The position numbers were made by a program, and so were the translations under genes. A DNA stretch of 64,000 nt, taken from positions 672,001 through 736,000 of the forward strand of contig CAVPLT010000004.1 of the NCBI GenBank assembly GCA_963706325.1, written 5' to 3'. Source of the DNA: an uncultured Nitrospiraceae bacterium (GTDB lineage Bacteria > Nitrospirota > Nitrospiria > Nitrospirales > Nitrospiraceae). Shown here in pieces: positions 52,636-62,583 of the stretch. How positions within the stretch are numbered: position 1 is the first letter of the stretch; each line of letters begins with the position of its first letter. The notes under the pieces were generated by a model. It saw only the letters and a program-made list of their open reading frames with translations. It made no database searches and had not been told where the DNA came from.

Positions 52636-54162
52636 CTACACAATAGAGGGACTGTCATCCGGTGGCAAGAGGCCCGCGTCCCGGAGGCACTCGTCCGCCC
52701 AGGCGCGAATGTCGTGAGTGGCCAAATACCCGCGCATCCGGCGCATGCGGTCCCGGCGTTCCTCCACCGGCATCTCAAGCGCCTGACGGATCGAATCGGC
52801 CACGCCCTCCAGGTCGTAGGGATTGATGACCAGGGCATCCGTGAGTTCTTCCGCGGCGCCCGCCAAATGGCTCACGAGCAACACGCCCTTCTCTTCGGCC
52901 TGGCAAGAAACATATTCCTTCGCGACCAGGTTCATGCCGTCGTAGACGGAACTCACCAAAGCCAAGTCGGCTATCCGGTAATAGGCGGCGAGAGTGTCCA
53001 CGCCGATGCGCCCTTCCCGAAACTCGATCGGTCGCCAGCGCGACGCATCCCGGCTGCCGGGACGAGAAATGCTGCCGTAGCGGACATTGATATCGTTGGC
53101 GGTCTCACGGATGATTTCCCGGTAGCGCCGATAGGTTTCGACATCGTCCCGGGACGGGACCGCAATCTGGATGAAGGTGAATTTGCCGCGATAATGGGGG
53201 TACTGCTGAAAAAACGCATCGATCGCCCAGAATCGTTTCAGGAGTCCTTTGGTGTAGTCGAGGCGATCGACACCGAGCCCGATGCGGGTGTCGGGCTGAC
53301 AGACATGGAGGTTGCGCAGAACCTCCATCGCTCGTCCGACTTGCGGGGATTGCGCCCGCTCAGACCACGCTTGAAATCCGACACTAATGGGCCGGGCCAC
53401 GAGACGAGTCGTATGACCTTTATACTCGATGTGATGATCATCGGCTCGTACCTCGCCGCTCAAAAAATCTTTCGCGCATTCGACGAAGCAATGAAGAAAC
53501 GTCCGCGTTTGAAACATGACGAGGTCCCCGGCCAGCAGGGAATCGATCAGTTCGCGGCGTTCAGGGAGGATGCGAAAAGCATCAGGCCCGGGCCAGGGCG
53601 TGTGCCAGAAGGTCGCGATCGGCTGCCGGGGCAGCGAGGTTTTAATCAGGCCGGGGAGGAGCGCCAGGTGAAAGTCGTGAATCCAGACAAAGCCGGGTTT
53701 GGTTCGTAATTCGTCGATCACGGCTTCCGCAAAGCGCGCGTTCATAGCCTGGTAGGCGTGCCAGAATGTTTTTCGATAGGCGACCCGATCCAGGGTGAGG
53801 TGACACAGAGGCCACAGCACTTGATTGGCATACCCTTGATACCCGCCCTTCACTTCATAGGGTTCCAGCCATACGCGGCGCAGACGGTAAGTCGGGGAAT
53901 CGGGCGGCACCTCGATGGCCATGGTCTGGTCCACGACATCGCGATCTGCTTTGCCGCTGCCCCAGGCAATCCACGTGCCGCCCAAACGACGCATCACCGG
54001 ATCGAGCGCCGAGATCAGGCCGCCGGATGTTTTTTCCCAAATAAGGTGATTCTTGACGAGGCGATGTTCGTACGGTTCGCGGTTTGAGACAATAATCAAA
54101 CGAGAGAGGGACAGCTCGTCCTGCGACTGAAGTTCCTCCAGGGAAGCGTGAGACGTGTTCAT
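52636..54162 (-). CDS. otsA: Trehalose-6-phosphate synthase (GT20)
   Basis: IVSNREP, WIHDFHL, GVDRLDYTKG, DGMNLVAKEY. Confidence 0.95.
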   Translation of the reverse strand: MNTSHASLEELQSQDELSLSRLIIVSNREPYEHRLVKNHLIWEKTSGGLISALDPVMRRLGGTWIAWGSGKADRDVVDQTMAIEVPPDSPTYRLRRVWLEPYEVKGGYQGYANQVLWPLCHLTLDRVAYRKTFWHAYQAMNARFAEAVIDELRTKPGFVWIHDFHLALLPGLIKTSLPRQPIATFWHTPWPGPDAFRILPERRELIDSLLAGDLVMFQTRTFLHCFVECAKDFLSGEVRADDHHIEYKGHTTRLVARPISVGFQAWSERAQSPQVGRAMEVLRNLHVCQPDTRIGLGVDRLDYTKGLLKRFWAIDAFFQQYPHYRGKFTFIQIAVPSRDDVETYRRYREIIRETANDINVRYGSISRPGSRDASRWRPIEFREGRIGVDTLAAYYRIADLALVSSVYDGMNLVAKEYVSCQAEEKGVLLVSHLAGAAEELTDALVINPYDLEGVADSIRQALEMPVEERRDRMRRMRGYLATHDIRAWADECLRDAGLLPPDDSPSIV

Positions 54163-54363
54163 ACGTATCCAGATTCCTCTGTGGGCAGTCGTGAACCGGT
54201 GCGCAGGACCTTCCACTGAAAATAAGAGTCTTTCACGTAGGTGTCAAGCGACGGGTCGTCAGTCCTGTAGGCTGAAATGTATTGCGCCATGGTGCGCCTA
54301 GCGAATGTTCCTTCGCGAACGACGCGGAACTCACCATGCCTCATGAACCACAACGAAAAGTGT

Positions 54364-55548
54364 TCAGCGGTCGCGAAGGGGTTGGTCTTGGGCGCGGGGT
54401 TTACGATGGCTGCCTGCCACCATGCGGAACTCGAAGAGGCGGCATTCGATCGCTCCGTTGAACAGCGGGACACGCCGAGAAGGGGCCAAGCGCAAGAGCC
54501 CAGGAAGTTTGAGGTCGGCAGTAAAGATATGTACGGTCCAGCCGGAGTAGCATTTCTTCAATTGGTCGCCGAACTGCGGATAGAAGGCACGGAGCGCCTC
54601 GGTGTCTCCCATGCGATGACCGTAGGGAGGATTGGTGATGAGGATACCTGTTTCGGCCGGCGCCGGAAGTTGCAGCACGTCTCCCTGATAGAGAGTGACA
54701 GCCTCAACGATACCGGCGATGGTGAGATTCGCTCGTATGGAGGCGAGCGCCTGGGCGCTGTGGTCTGCAGCATGGATCAAGCCCGGCTTGGCCGATAGTT
54801 CCGCGGCCTTGAGTTCGTCGCGCAGCGCTTTCAAGGTACCGGCCTCAAACGACAGCAATTTTTCAAACGCAAAGTGCCGACCGAATCCCGGCGCCACCCG
54901 ACGGGCCATTAAGGCGGCTTCGATGACGAATGTTCCGCTGCCGCACATGGGATCAAACAGCACGGTCTCCGGCGTCCATTTCGCAAGACGCAGCATGCCG
55001 GCTGCGAGGTTTTCCCGAATCGGCGCTTCACCTGCCGACTTCCGCCAGCCTCGTTTGAAGAGCGGATCGCCGGATGTGTCCAAGTACAGGGTGCAGGTCG
55101 TCTGATCTAAAAATACGGCGATGAGAATGTCCGGCGCATGGGTGTCGACGACCGGGCGCTTGCCCCTGGCATATTGAAACCGATCGCACACAGCATCCTT
55201 CACCCGCAGGGTCACGAAGTCTAAACTCTTCAAGGCGCAGTGGTGGGCGCTCACCTTGACCTTGATGCTATGTTGCGGGGTAAACCAATCCTGCCAGCGG
55301 ACCGCCTTGGCCGCGTCATACACGTCATGCTCATCGCGATAGGGCGCTGCGGCAATGCGCAGCAGAATGCGGCTGGCCATGCGGCTCTGCAAATTCACGC
55401 GGTAGCAGAACGCGAGTGTGCCACAAAAGGCGACACCCCCGGCCGTTGCCGCGATATCGGATGCGCCTAAATCTTTCAGCTCATCGGCAAGAACGGCCTC
55501 GAGCCCGCGCGGGCAAGGTGCAAAGAAGGCGTGGTTTATGCTATCCAT
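54364..55548 (-). CDS. THUMP-domain RNA methyltransferase (RlmL-like)
   Basis: CPRGLE, DTSGDPLFKRGWR, APIRENLAA, DPMCGSGT, NPPYG. Confidence 0.93.
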   Translation of the reverse strand: MDSINHAFFAPCPRGLEAVLADELKDLGASDIAATAGGVAFCGTLAFCYRVNLQSRMASRILLRIAAAPYRDEHDVYDAAKAVRWQDWFTPQHSIKVKVSAHHCALKSLDFVTLRVKDAVCDRFQYARGKRPVVDTHAPDILIAVFLDQTTCTLYLDTSGDPLFKRGWRKSAGEAPIRENLAAGMLRLAKWTPETVLFDPMCGSGTFVIEAALMARRVAPGFGRHFAFEKLLSFEAGTLKALRDELKAAELSAKPGLIHAADHSAQALASIRANLTIAGIVEAVTLYQGDVLQLPAPAETGILITNPPYGHRMGDTEALRAFYPQFGDQLKKCYSGWTVHIFTADLKLPGLLRLAPSRRVPLFNGAIECRLFEFRMVAGSHRKPRAQDQPLRDR

Positions 55549-55576
55549 TCTTTTCGCGGCGTGATCAGGAGTTGTC

Positions 55577-56119
55577 ATGAAGTTTTGCTCTGAATGTGGG
55601 GCCGGGTTGTCGTCAAAAATTCCCCCGGGGGATAACTTGCCGCGATTTGTGTGCGACACCTGTCAGGCCATCCATTACATCAATCCAAAAATCGTTGCCG
55701 GGTGCATTCCCGAGTGGAAAGACGAAATCCTGCTCTGCCGAAGGGCTATCGAACCGCGTCTCGGCCATTGGACCTTTCCCGCAGGGTTCATGGAAATCGG
55801 AGAGAGTACCGAGCAGGCCGCGATGCGCGAAACCATGGAAGAAGCCCATGCCGACGTGGAAATCACGTCGCTGTACGCCGTGTTGAGCCTGCCTCGCATC
55901 AGCCAAGTCCATATGGTCTTCCGGGGGACGATGCGCACGCCGGACTTTAAGCCCGGCATCGAGAGCCTCGACGTGCGGTTGTTTGCCTTGAAGGACATAC
56001 CATGGGAGGACCTGGCCTTCCCGGTGATCCACGAGGCTCTCGAACGCTATGTCGCGGATGTAGCCCGCGGCACCTTCACCATGCATTTCGGCAGCGTCTT
56101 TCCCCGAATGAAATCCTAA
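55577..56119 (+). CDS. Nudix hydrolase with N-terminal zinc ribbon
   Basis: MKFCSECG...CDTC; Nudix box GFMEIGESTEQAAMRETMEEA. Confidence 0.95.
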   Translation: MKFCSECGAGLSSKIPPGDNLPRFVCDTCQAIHYINPKIVAGCIPEWKDEILLCRRAIEPRLGHWTFPAGFMEIGESTEQAAMRETMEEAHADVEITSLYAVLSLPRISQVHMVFRGTMRTPDFKPGIESLDVRLFALKDIPWEDLAFPVIHEALERYVADVARGTFTMHFGSVFPRMKS

Positions 56120-56167
56120 CTCGCATTCGATGCATATCTCGCTGTCGACACATCGGGAGCTATCCGA

Positions 56168-56291
56168 CAGGATGCTCAAAAAGGTCGTCCGGCGCGGCCG
56201 CAGCAATGCGAGGGGGCGAGGCGTACCCTCGCGGTACGTTGAGCATCCGAGCGATGCGAGAACAAAGCCGGCGGCCTTTTTCAGCATCCTG
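56168..56291. repeat. MITE-like palindromic repeat, short form
   Basis: Terminal inverted repeats CAGGATGCTCAAAAAGG / CCTTTTTCAGCATCCTG between convergent genes. Confidence 0.88.
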
Positions 56292-56293
56292 AG

Positions 56294-56602
56294 CTAATTG
56301 TTGCTGGGCATGATGAGCCCCAACTCACCCGGCGGGGGATGCACGAAGCTAAAGCCCTTCGCCTCCTGAAAATCCACCGTCATTCCGGTCGTGCGGTGCA
56401 CGCTGGCGCGATCCAGCGCAATCGTTAATCCCTCGATGTGTTGCACTTGGTCTTCTTCCTGAGCCGCGGGTTCCAATGTGATTGCCAAGGAGAGACGATT
56501 GTCATCCAGGTCGCGCAGCGTAATCCGGACGACCGGATCATCCGGATGTTCCTTGATGAGTTTCCGCAAGCGTTCGATGGCGGTCCAGGTCAGGTTCAGC
56601 AT
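56294..56602 (-). CDS. HesB/IscA-fold protein lacking cysteines
   Basis: LNLTWTAIERLRKL...VRI...EDQVQHIEGLTIALD...GMTVDF...GFSF. Confidence 0.7.
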   Translation of the reverse strand: MLNLTWTAIERLRKLIKEHPDDPVVRITLRDLDDNRLSLAITLEPAAQEEDQVQHIEGLTIALDRASVHRTTGMTVDFQEAKGFSFVHPPPGELGLIMPSNN

Positions 56603-56605
56603 GAA

Positions 56606-56881
56606 TTACGTATGCAAAGGTCGGTGAGGCGGCGCCGCGTTCTGGATATGGTGAATGTCCACGAGCTGTTCCGTGCGATCGATCGAATAGAAAATCCGCC
56701 AGTCGCCCACGGCATATTTGTGGATGGCCGGCAAATCGGCAGCGACCGGTTCATGCCGCAGATTCTCTACATTGGAAGCCAACCATTTGGTTTTGTCGAA
56801 CAGCCGTTGCGCCATGGCGGGATCGGCAGCACGCAAGTCGGTAATGACATCAGGCCGGAACGCTAAACGAAACCACGGCAT
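56606..56881 (-). CDS. RelE/ParE-family toxin-like protein
   Basis: KTKWLASN...HEP...KYAVGDWRIFYSID. Confidence 0.8.
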   Translation of the reverse strand: MPWFRLAFRPDVITDLRAADPAMAQRLFDKTKWLASNVENLRHEPVAADLPAIHKYAVGDWRIFYSIDRTEQLVDIHHIQNAAPPHRPLHT

Positions 56882-56885
56882 CGCG

Positions 56886-57104
56886 TTACCACCGCAGGCC
56901 GAGTTTATCGGCCACTTCGTCGCCCGTCAGACGTTCGGTAGAGGCCAGGGATTGCTTGAGGCGGTCGCGTATAGACTCGCCCAGTGGCGCACCCAGATCG
57001 GGGTCGCCCAGCAAGACCCGCAGCCGATCGTCGACGATCCCTTCGACCAGTTGCTTCAATTCGGCCAGGCTCAGGTTGGAGATGGTGATGGTCGGCTCGG
57101 TCAT
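56886..57104 (-). CDS. Putative antitoxin
   Basis: 72 aa, acidic, DPDLGAPL...EVADKLGLRW; directly upstream of the toxin; GGAG RBS. Confidence 0.75.
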   Translation of the reverse strand: MTEPTITISNLSLAELKQLVEGIVDDRLRVLLGDPDLGAPLGESIRDRLKQSLASTERLTGDEVADKLGLRW

Positions 57105-57373
57105 AATCACTCCTAAATAATATTTGGAGCATACGGGGCTAGTCCTGGGAATTGCAAGCAAGATAGGGGATGAGGGTGGAGCATCACGGTGGACCGATAA
57201 AAACTGGTGATGGTGCTTGTGTGGGAGGGATTGAAGCAGTATTCTTCCGGCGGGCAATAGGAAAAACCAATGCACAGTTCTTCTCTGATCTACGTCAGGT
57301 TAACAGATTTGGACCCTCTACATTCAGAAGTAGAAATTCTACCTTCGTGGGATAGCGTGAGGATGACCACGTT

Positions 57374-59610
57374 ATGATTCGCCGCATTGAGCAAATCAAA
57401 GCGTTCGGGGTTTTCGCGGACCTTCGGTGGCCTGCTACTCTCCCAGATTTCAAACAGTTCAACCTAATCTACGGTTGGAACTATTCAGGCAAGACGACAT
57501 TGTCTCGTGCCTTTCGATGCTTTGAGCAGAAGAGGCCGCATGCAGACTTCGCTGACGCACAGGTGGAGCTTAAGTCTGAGGACGGAACGGCTCACCACCT
57601 GTCCTCTCCGCAAGCCGCCCCATTGTTTCGGGTCTTCAACAGTGACTTTGTTCATGAGAACCTTGCCTTCGATGAAGGAATCGCAAATCCGATTCTGGTT
57701 CTGGGATCCGAAGACATAGCGAGACTTGAGAAGTTGGACGCTAAGAAAGCCGAACGGGAATCTACGGCCGTGCTGATCGAGGCAAATAAGCAAAAAAAGG
57801 ATGAGAAGGAAAAGAAAATTGAGAGAGCATTCACAAAGGATGCACGTGATTTGATTAAGAATCCGCTGAGTGTGCCTAATTATGACAAAACACATTTCGA
57901 ACGTGAGGTTACCGCGTGCAAAGAAACCCCCAATACCTATCTACTGAAGGATAAGGCGTTGCAGAAGTGGCTTTCCGTTTATTGCTCCACCGACAAGAAG
58001 CCTGAACTTTCCACCAAGGTGGTTTCACTCTGCTCTGTTGGGGATCTTGTGAAGAAGTCGACCGCACTTCTTAAGCGGGTCGTAACGACAAATGCCCCAA
58101 TCCCCAGGCTAAAAGAGAACCCGATCCTTGAGAATTGGGTCAATGACGGCCGGCCTCTACACGAAGGAGAAAGCACATGTCAGTTCTGTGGTCAACTACT
58201 GCCACCCGCCCTTCTGAGCCACCTGACTGGGCATTTCTCAGCAGACTACGAAAACTTGATGTCGGAACTAGACATCTTGTTGAATGCAATTCAGGTTGCT
58301 CAAGACCAGCAGTTAGTGCTCGACCATAGATCCGATTTCTATGCCGAACTCTCAGAACGATTCATCGATGCGAAAAACCGATTAGATGAACACTTGAAAG
58401 TTCGGAGCTCCGCGCTTGAGGCCCTCGAGAAAATTCTGATTGCAAAGCGAACCAAGGCATTTACGAGTCTTCTGTGCCCCGTGGTTGAAGATCCTGCGCA
58501 TCAAATTGCCACAGCAATTGAGGAAATCAACGCAATCATCGCTGAACACAATAAACAGACGACGCAATTCGACAAAAGACGTCGAGAGGCATTCAGTAAT
58601 CTCGAAAGGCACTATGCCGCGTCGTTCGTTCTGGATCAGCACTACAGCGATCATCTTCAGGAAATGGTTAGTCTCAACGCCATTATTACTGAACAGAATG
58701 AAAAGCTCTTCGCCCTAGACGGTGAAATCCGCGACCTCGAAAAGGCAGTATGTGAAGCCTCGAAGGGGGCAGAGAGAATCAATGAGCTACTCGGCCTGTA
58801 TTTCGGAAAGAATGACCTGCGCATAGTCGTGTCCGCTGACAATCGCTTTCAAATTACCCGAGCAAATGTGGTAGCGCGGAACTTGAGTGAAGGGGAGAAA
58901 ACCGCCATTGCGTTTGCCTATTTTGTGATCCACGTTCAGGATGAGAAGTATCCTTCGGATGGCCTGATTGTTGTCATCGATGATCCCATATCGAGCCTGG
59001 ATGCGAACCACTTGTTCAACACATACGCACTAATTAAGACTCAGTTAGCGGACTATCGCCAGCTCTTCGTATCGACTCACAGCTTTGAGTTCTACAACCT
59101 AATCCGGGAGTGGGTAGCAGAAGATGAGGGCAAGGATCACGCAAAGAAACCACAGGCTGGATGGAAAAATGGGGAATATTTCTTGTCAGACGGACCGTCG
59201 ATGGAACTTCGGCATTGGAGGAAATTCCCAGAGAACTCCTGCGCTTCAAGTCGGAGTATCACTATCTTTTTTCAATGCTTTGCCGGTTTCACAAAACGAG
59301 GTCGGGAGACTTCGACTGCATTTTCAACCTGCCAAACATCGTGCGGCGCTTCATGGAAGCTTTCGGCGGTATCATGATCCCATTGTCAACCGGACTAAAA
59401 GGAAAGATGACGCGCCTTTTTACTAACGAGGTTGAGCGGGAGCGCGTATGGAAATTCATCAATCATTATTCGCACAATGCTACCATCACGCGCTCACTAA
59501 ATATTCCCGATACTAGTGAATGCGTTGCTGTTGTTGATGCTTGCCTGAATGCGGTCAGGGCTTGGGATGATGAGTATTTCTCGGACCTTGAGAAAGAAGT
59601 CACAGGTTAA
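57374..59610 (+). pseudogene. RloC-like (AAA_13) ABC-ATPase/zinc-hook/HEPN protein, split by a 1-nt frameshift
   Basis: YGWNYSGKT, CQFCGQ hook, LSEGEK, DDPISSLD, STH; second frame has NIVRRFMEAF...FINHYSH; break at the A5 run near 59165. Confidence 0.85.
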
Positions 59611-59658
59611 CCAACGCTTAATGCTAGCGGTCGCGCGTAGCTCGAGCACCTTTCCAGC

Positions 59659-60255
59659 TTAAGTGGGCTTACTCTCGCACCGCTCCCCATCCGACGCCTC
59701 GCACGAACAATTCAAACAGCCATGGACGGAACAGGTGCCGCAGGCCCGTTCGATTTGGCGACGAAGCGCCGCCCTGGCTCGATGCACGCGAACTGCGGCG
59801 TTTTCGGCGGTAATGCCTGACTGCTGAGCCAAGTCTTTCAGTTTGCCTTCCTCCAGGTCCACGATCCGCAGAGCCTCGCGGTATTCTGGCTTCAGCGTCT
59901 CCAGCAGGCTGGACACGCATTGGCAGATCTCCTGACGCAATTCCGCCTCTGGTTCCTGAACATCCGGAAATTCTCTCCCCCAGGCTTCCATCGTTCGCGC
60001 GGCGGCGGAACGCTGCCGGTAATGATCGATCACGGCGTTGCGGAGAACCCGATAGAACCAGGCCACGGCCTTTTCGTCCTGCACATCGCCGCCCCGCTCC
60101 AGTCCACGCGTAAAGGCCGTTTGTAAAATATCTTCAGCCACGGCTCTCGATTCCACACGCCGCTCCAGGAATGCCAGGAATTCCTTGTGTCCCTTCACCA
60201 GTAGCGCGATGGCCTCGGGCGAAAGGGTTGTCGATGGGGTCGATTCGAGGCTCAT
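59659..60255 (-). CDS. CorE-like (Cys-rich, metal-responsive) ECF sigma factor
   Basis: AEDILQ, WFYRVLRNAVIDHYR, inter-domain CQC, C-terminal CGTCSVHGCLNCSC; no anti-sigma gene adjacent. Confidence 0.9.
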   Translation of the reverse strand: MSLESTPSTTLSPEAIALLVKGHKEFLAFLERRVESRAVAEDILQTAFTRGLERGGDVQDEKAVAWFYRVLRNAVIDHYRQRSAAARTMEAWGREFPDVQEPEAELRQEICQCVSSLLETLKPEYREALRIVDLEEGKLKDLAQQSGITAENAAVRVHRARAALRRQIERACGTCSVHGCLNCSCEASDGERCESKPT

Positions 60256-60285
60256 GGGAGCAGCTTACCAAACTATTTGCGGAAC

Positions 60286-60311
60286 TGTAAGGTTTTTGGG
60301 AGGCCTCCGTC
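60286..60311 (+). promoter_or_regulatory. ECF-type promoter for the metallothionein-like gene
   Basis: TGTAAG-N16-CGTC. Confidence 0.7.
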
Positions 60312-60360
60312 AGCCTCTGTGACGACGCAATCACGCGCCGCATATCAAAGGAGACCGGCC

Positions 60361-60522
60361 ATGGCTGACATCAAAAAATCCACCTCGCAGAAGATCGCAA
60401 AGGCAAGCTGCTGCGGAACCTGCGATTGCGCTTCCTGTGCCTGCGGGTGCCAGGCAAACGCCTGCCGCTGCGAGCAAACGAACTGCCAATGTGGATGCCG
60501 CAAACAAACCTCTGGTCGGTAG
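60361..60522 (+). CDS. Metallothionein-like peptide (53 aa, 12 Cys)
   Basis: MADIKKSTSQKIAKASCCGTCDCASCACGCQANACRCEQTNCQCGCRKQTSGR; AAAGGAG RBS. Confidence 0.85.
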   Translation: MADIKKSTSQKIAKASCCGTCDCASCACGCQANACRCEQTNCQCGCRKQTSGR

Positions 60523-60531
60523 GCTGGTGAT

Positions 60532-60560
60532 GCCCCGCCCGCCGGATTCTGAAGGGCGGG
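60532..60560 (+). terminator. Hairpin after the metallothionein-like gene
   Basis: CCCCGCCC...GGGCGGGG stem with a long loop and no U-tract. Confidence 0.4.
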
Positions 60561-60768
60561 GTCAATAACCAACCCAAGCGGTCTGTCGTGCCTGAGAAGC
60601 ATTGTGAGGATGTCGCCGCTCACGTATCATGCGTTCTCACATGAGATTCGGCTGTATGAAAGTTGGTGAACAGTGCCGACGAGCAGACGGCCAGGGAGTG
60701 CAGAAACTTGCCGACGGGAGTCCCATGCGGTAGATACTTCCTATCTGTGATGCAGGAGAACTGATCCC

Positions 60769-61230
60769 ATGCAGGGTTTAGAATTAAAAGTCCCTCCACT
60801 GGCTCTCCTTCTGTTCGCAGGTGGATGCATGTGGGTGGTCGCCTGGGCGGCGCCGGCATTTGCGTTTGCCTTTCCCGCCCGTTTTGTTTCCGCAATGGGT
60901 GTGGTGGTCATCGGGATCGCTATAGCAGGCATGGGTGTGTTTTCATTCAACCGGGCTAAGACCACCGTCAATCCTATGAAGCCCGAGTCCTCGTCCGCTC
61001 TGGTCGTGAGCGGCATCTATCAACTGACACGCAATCCCATGTATCTGGGCATCTTGCTGTTGCTGCTCGGCTGGGGCATATTCCTCTCGAACGCGCTGGC
61101 GTTCCTGATTCTTCCTGGATTCGTCCTGTATATGAATCGTTTCCAAATCGAACCAGAGGAAAGGGCGCTCACCCATATATTTGGACAAGAGTTTGTGACC
61201 TATCGTAATCAGGCCCGAAGATGGATATAA
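60769..61230 (+). CDS. Isoprenylcysteine carboxyl methyltransferase-family membrane protein
   Basis: TTVNP...LVVSGIYQLTRNPMYLG...IEPEERAL...RRWI. Confidence 0.92.
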   Translation: MQGLELKVPPLALLLFAGGCMWVVAWAAPAFAFAFPARFVSAMGVVVIGIAIAGMGVFSFNRAKTTVNPMKPESSSALVVSGIYQLTRNPMYLGILLLLLGWGIFLSNALAFLILPGFVLYMNRFQIEPEERALTHIFGQEFVTYRNQARRWI

Positions 61231-61323
61231 CCCGGCGTATGATGATTTCGTGGTAAGTCGATGGTTAGCCATGGGCAACGTTGTTCGAAGCGCTTCAATG
61301 ACATTATCGAAACCTCGCTCCTA

Positions 61324-62583
61324 ATGCGGTTCATTCACGCGTCAGACCTCCATATCGACAGCCCCTTGCGCGGCCTTGACCGTTACGAGGGCGCGCCGGT
61401 CGAGCGGTTGCGGACTGCGACCCGCAGCGCGTTTGAACGGCTGATTGATACCGCCCTCGCTGAGCGCGTGGACTTTGTGCTCTTTGCCGGCGATATCTAT
61501 GACTGCGATTGGCAGGACTTTCATACCGGCTTGTTTTTTCGCGGACAGCTGGTTCGATTAGAGCGCGCCGGGATCCGCGTATTCATCGTCCAGGGCAATC
61601 ACGATGCCCAAGGTGTCATCTCTAAGCAGTTGGTTCTGCCGCCGAACGTCACGGTATTTTCCAGCCGCACTGCCCAGACAGTCAGGCTCGATGAGCTCTT
61701 GGTGGCGATCCATGGCCGCAGCTTTCCTGAGCGCGAGGTGAACGAGGATCTCGTCCCTGCTTACCCGGCTCCGGTCCCTGGTTTCTTCAACATCGGCATG
61801 CTGCACACGAGTCTGACCGGTCGCGCCGGCCATGATACCTATGCGCCGACGGATCTGCCGACGCTACTCAGAAAAGGCTACGACTATTGGGCGTTGGGCC
61901 ATGTCCATGCGCGCGAGGTACTGAGCGAACAGCCACGCATCGTCTTTCCCGGCAACCTTCAGGGCCGGCATGCCAAAGAAACGGGCGGCAAGGGATGCGA
62001 GTTGGTCACCGTGGAGGGCGGCCGTATCGAAGCCGAGTTCGTCGTCCTCGATGTCGTTCGGTGGAGTCAGGTAGACGTGCTGCTCACTGGCGTGGATCGG
62101 CTGGAGAGCCTGAGCGAGATGTTCCATCACGCGCTGGAGCCGGTGCTGACCGGAGCCACCGACCGATTGCATGCCGTCCGTGTGACCTTGACCGGCTCGA
62201 CTGCCCTACATCGGATGGAAGCCGATCAGCCAGGCACCTTGGCCGCGGCCATGCGTGCGGCGGCGCAGGATATCAGTGAGGCAGAAGTCTGGATCGAACA
62301 GGTGCGGCTTGACCTCTCCACGCCGGTGGACCGTGCTCAGTCTGCGGAACGGCAGGATGCCGTGGGTGAATTGGTTCGTCTAGTCGATTCGATCCTGGGC
62401 GATGAGGCGGAGCTGATGCGCCGAGCGCAGGTTGAACTGGGTGAGCTCCTCAGTTCGATTCCGCAGGAAGTTGCTTCAGGAGATGTGCCGAAACTTGATG
62501 ATGCAACGGAACTGAGGGGCCTGGTGCTGGATGCCGAGGCCACGGTGTTGGCGCGCCTGAGAGCGATAGGGGAAGGCGCATGA
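61324..62583 (+). CDS. Mre11/SbcD-like metallophosphoesterase nuclease (YhaO-like)
   Basis: SDLHIDSP, AGDIYD, GNHD, MLHT, WALGHVH. Confidence 0.95.
   Translation: MRFIHASDLHIDSPLRGLDRYEGAPVERLRTATRSAFERLIDTALAERVDFVLFAGDIYDCDWQDFHTGLFFRGQLVRLERAGIRVFIVQGNHDAQGVISKQLVLPPNVTVFSSRTAQTVRLDELLVAIHGRSFPEREVNEDLVPAYPAPVPGFFNIGMLHTSLTGRAGHDTYAPTDLPTLLRKGYDYWALGHVHAREVLSEQPRIVFPGNLQGRHAKETGGKGCELVTVEGGRIEAEFVVLDVVRWSQVDVLLTGVDRLESLSEMFHHALEPVLTGATDRLHAVRVTLTGSTALHRMEADQPGTLAAAMRAAAQDISEAEVWIEQVRLDLSTPVDRAQSAERQDAVGELVRLVDSILGDEAELMRRAQVELGELLSSIPQEVASGDVPKLDDATELRGLVLDAEATVLARLRAIGEGA

Noticed and set aside
52573..53709. 378-aa plus-strand ORF and similar long shadow ORFs over lon, radical SAM and DUF748
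   Set aside because: Antisense shadows of well-supported genes in GC-rich DNA
59155..59180. Programmed -1 frameshift in the RloC-like gene
   Set aside because: G_AAA_AAT is not a canonical slippery heptamer and no clear stimulatory structure was seen; mutation or assembly error is simpler
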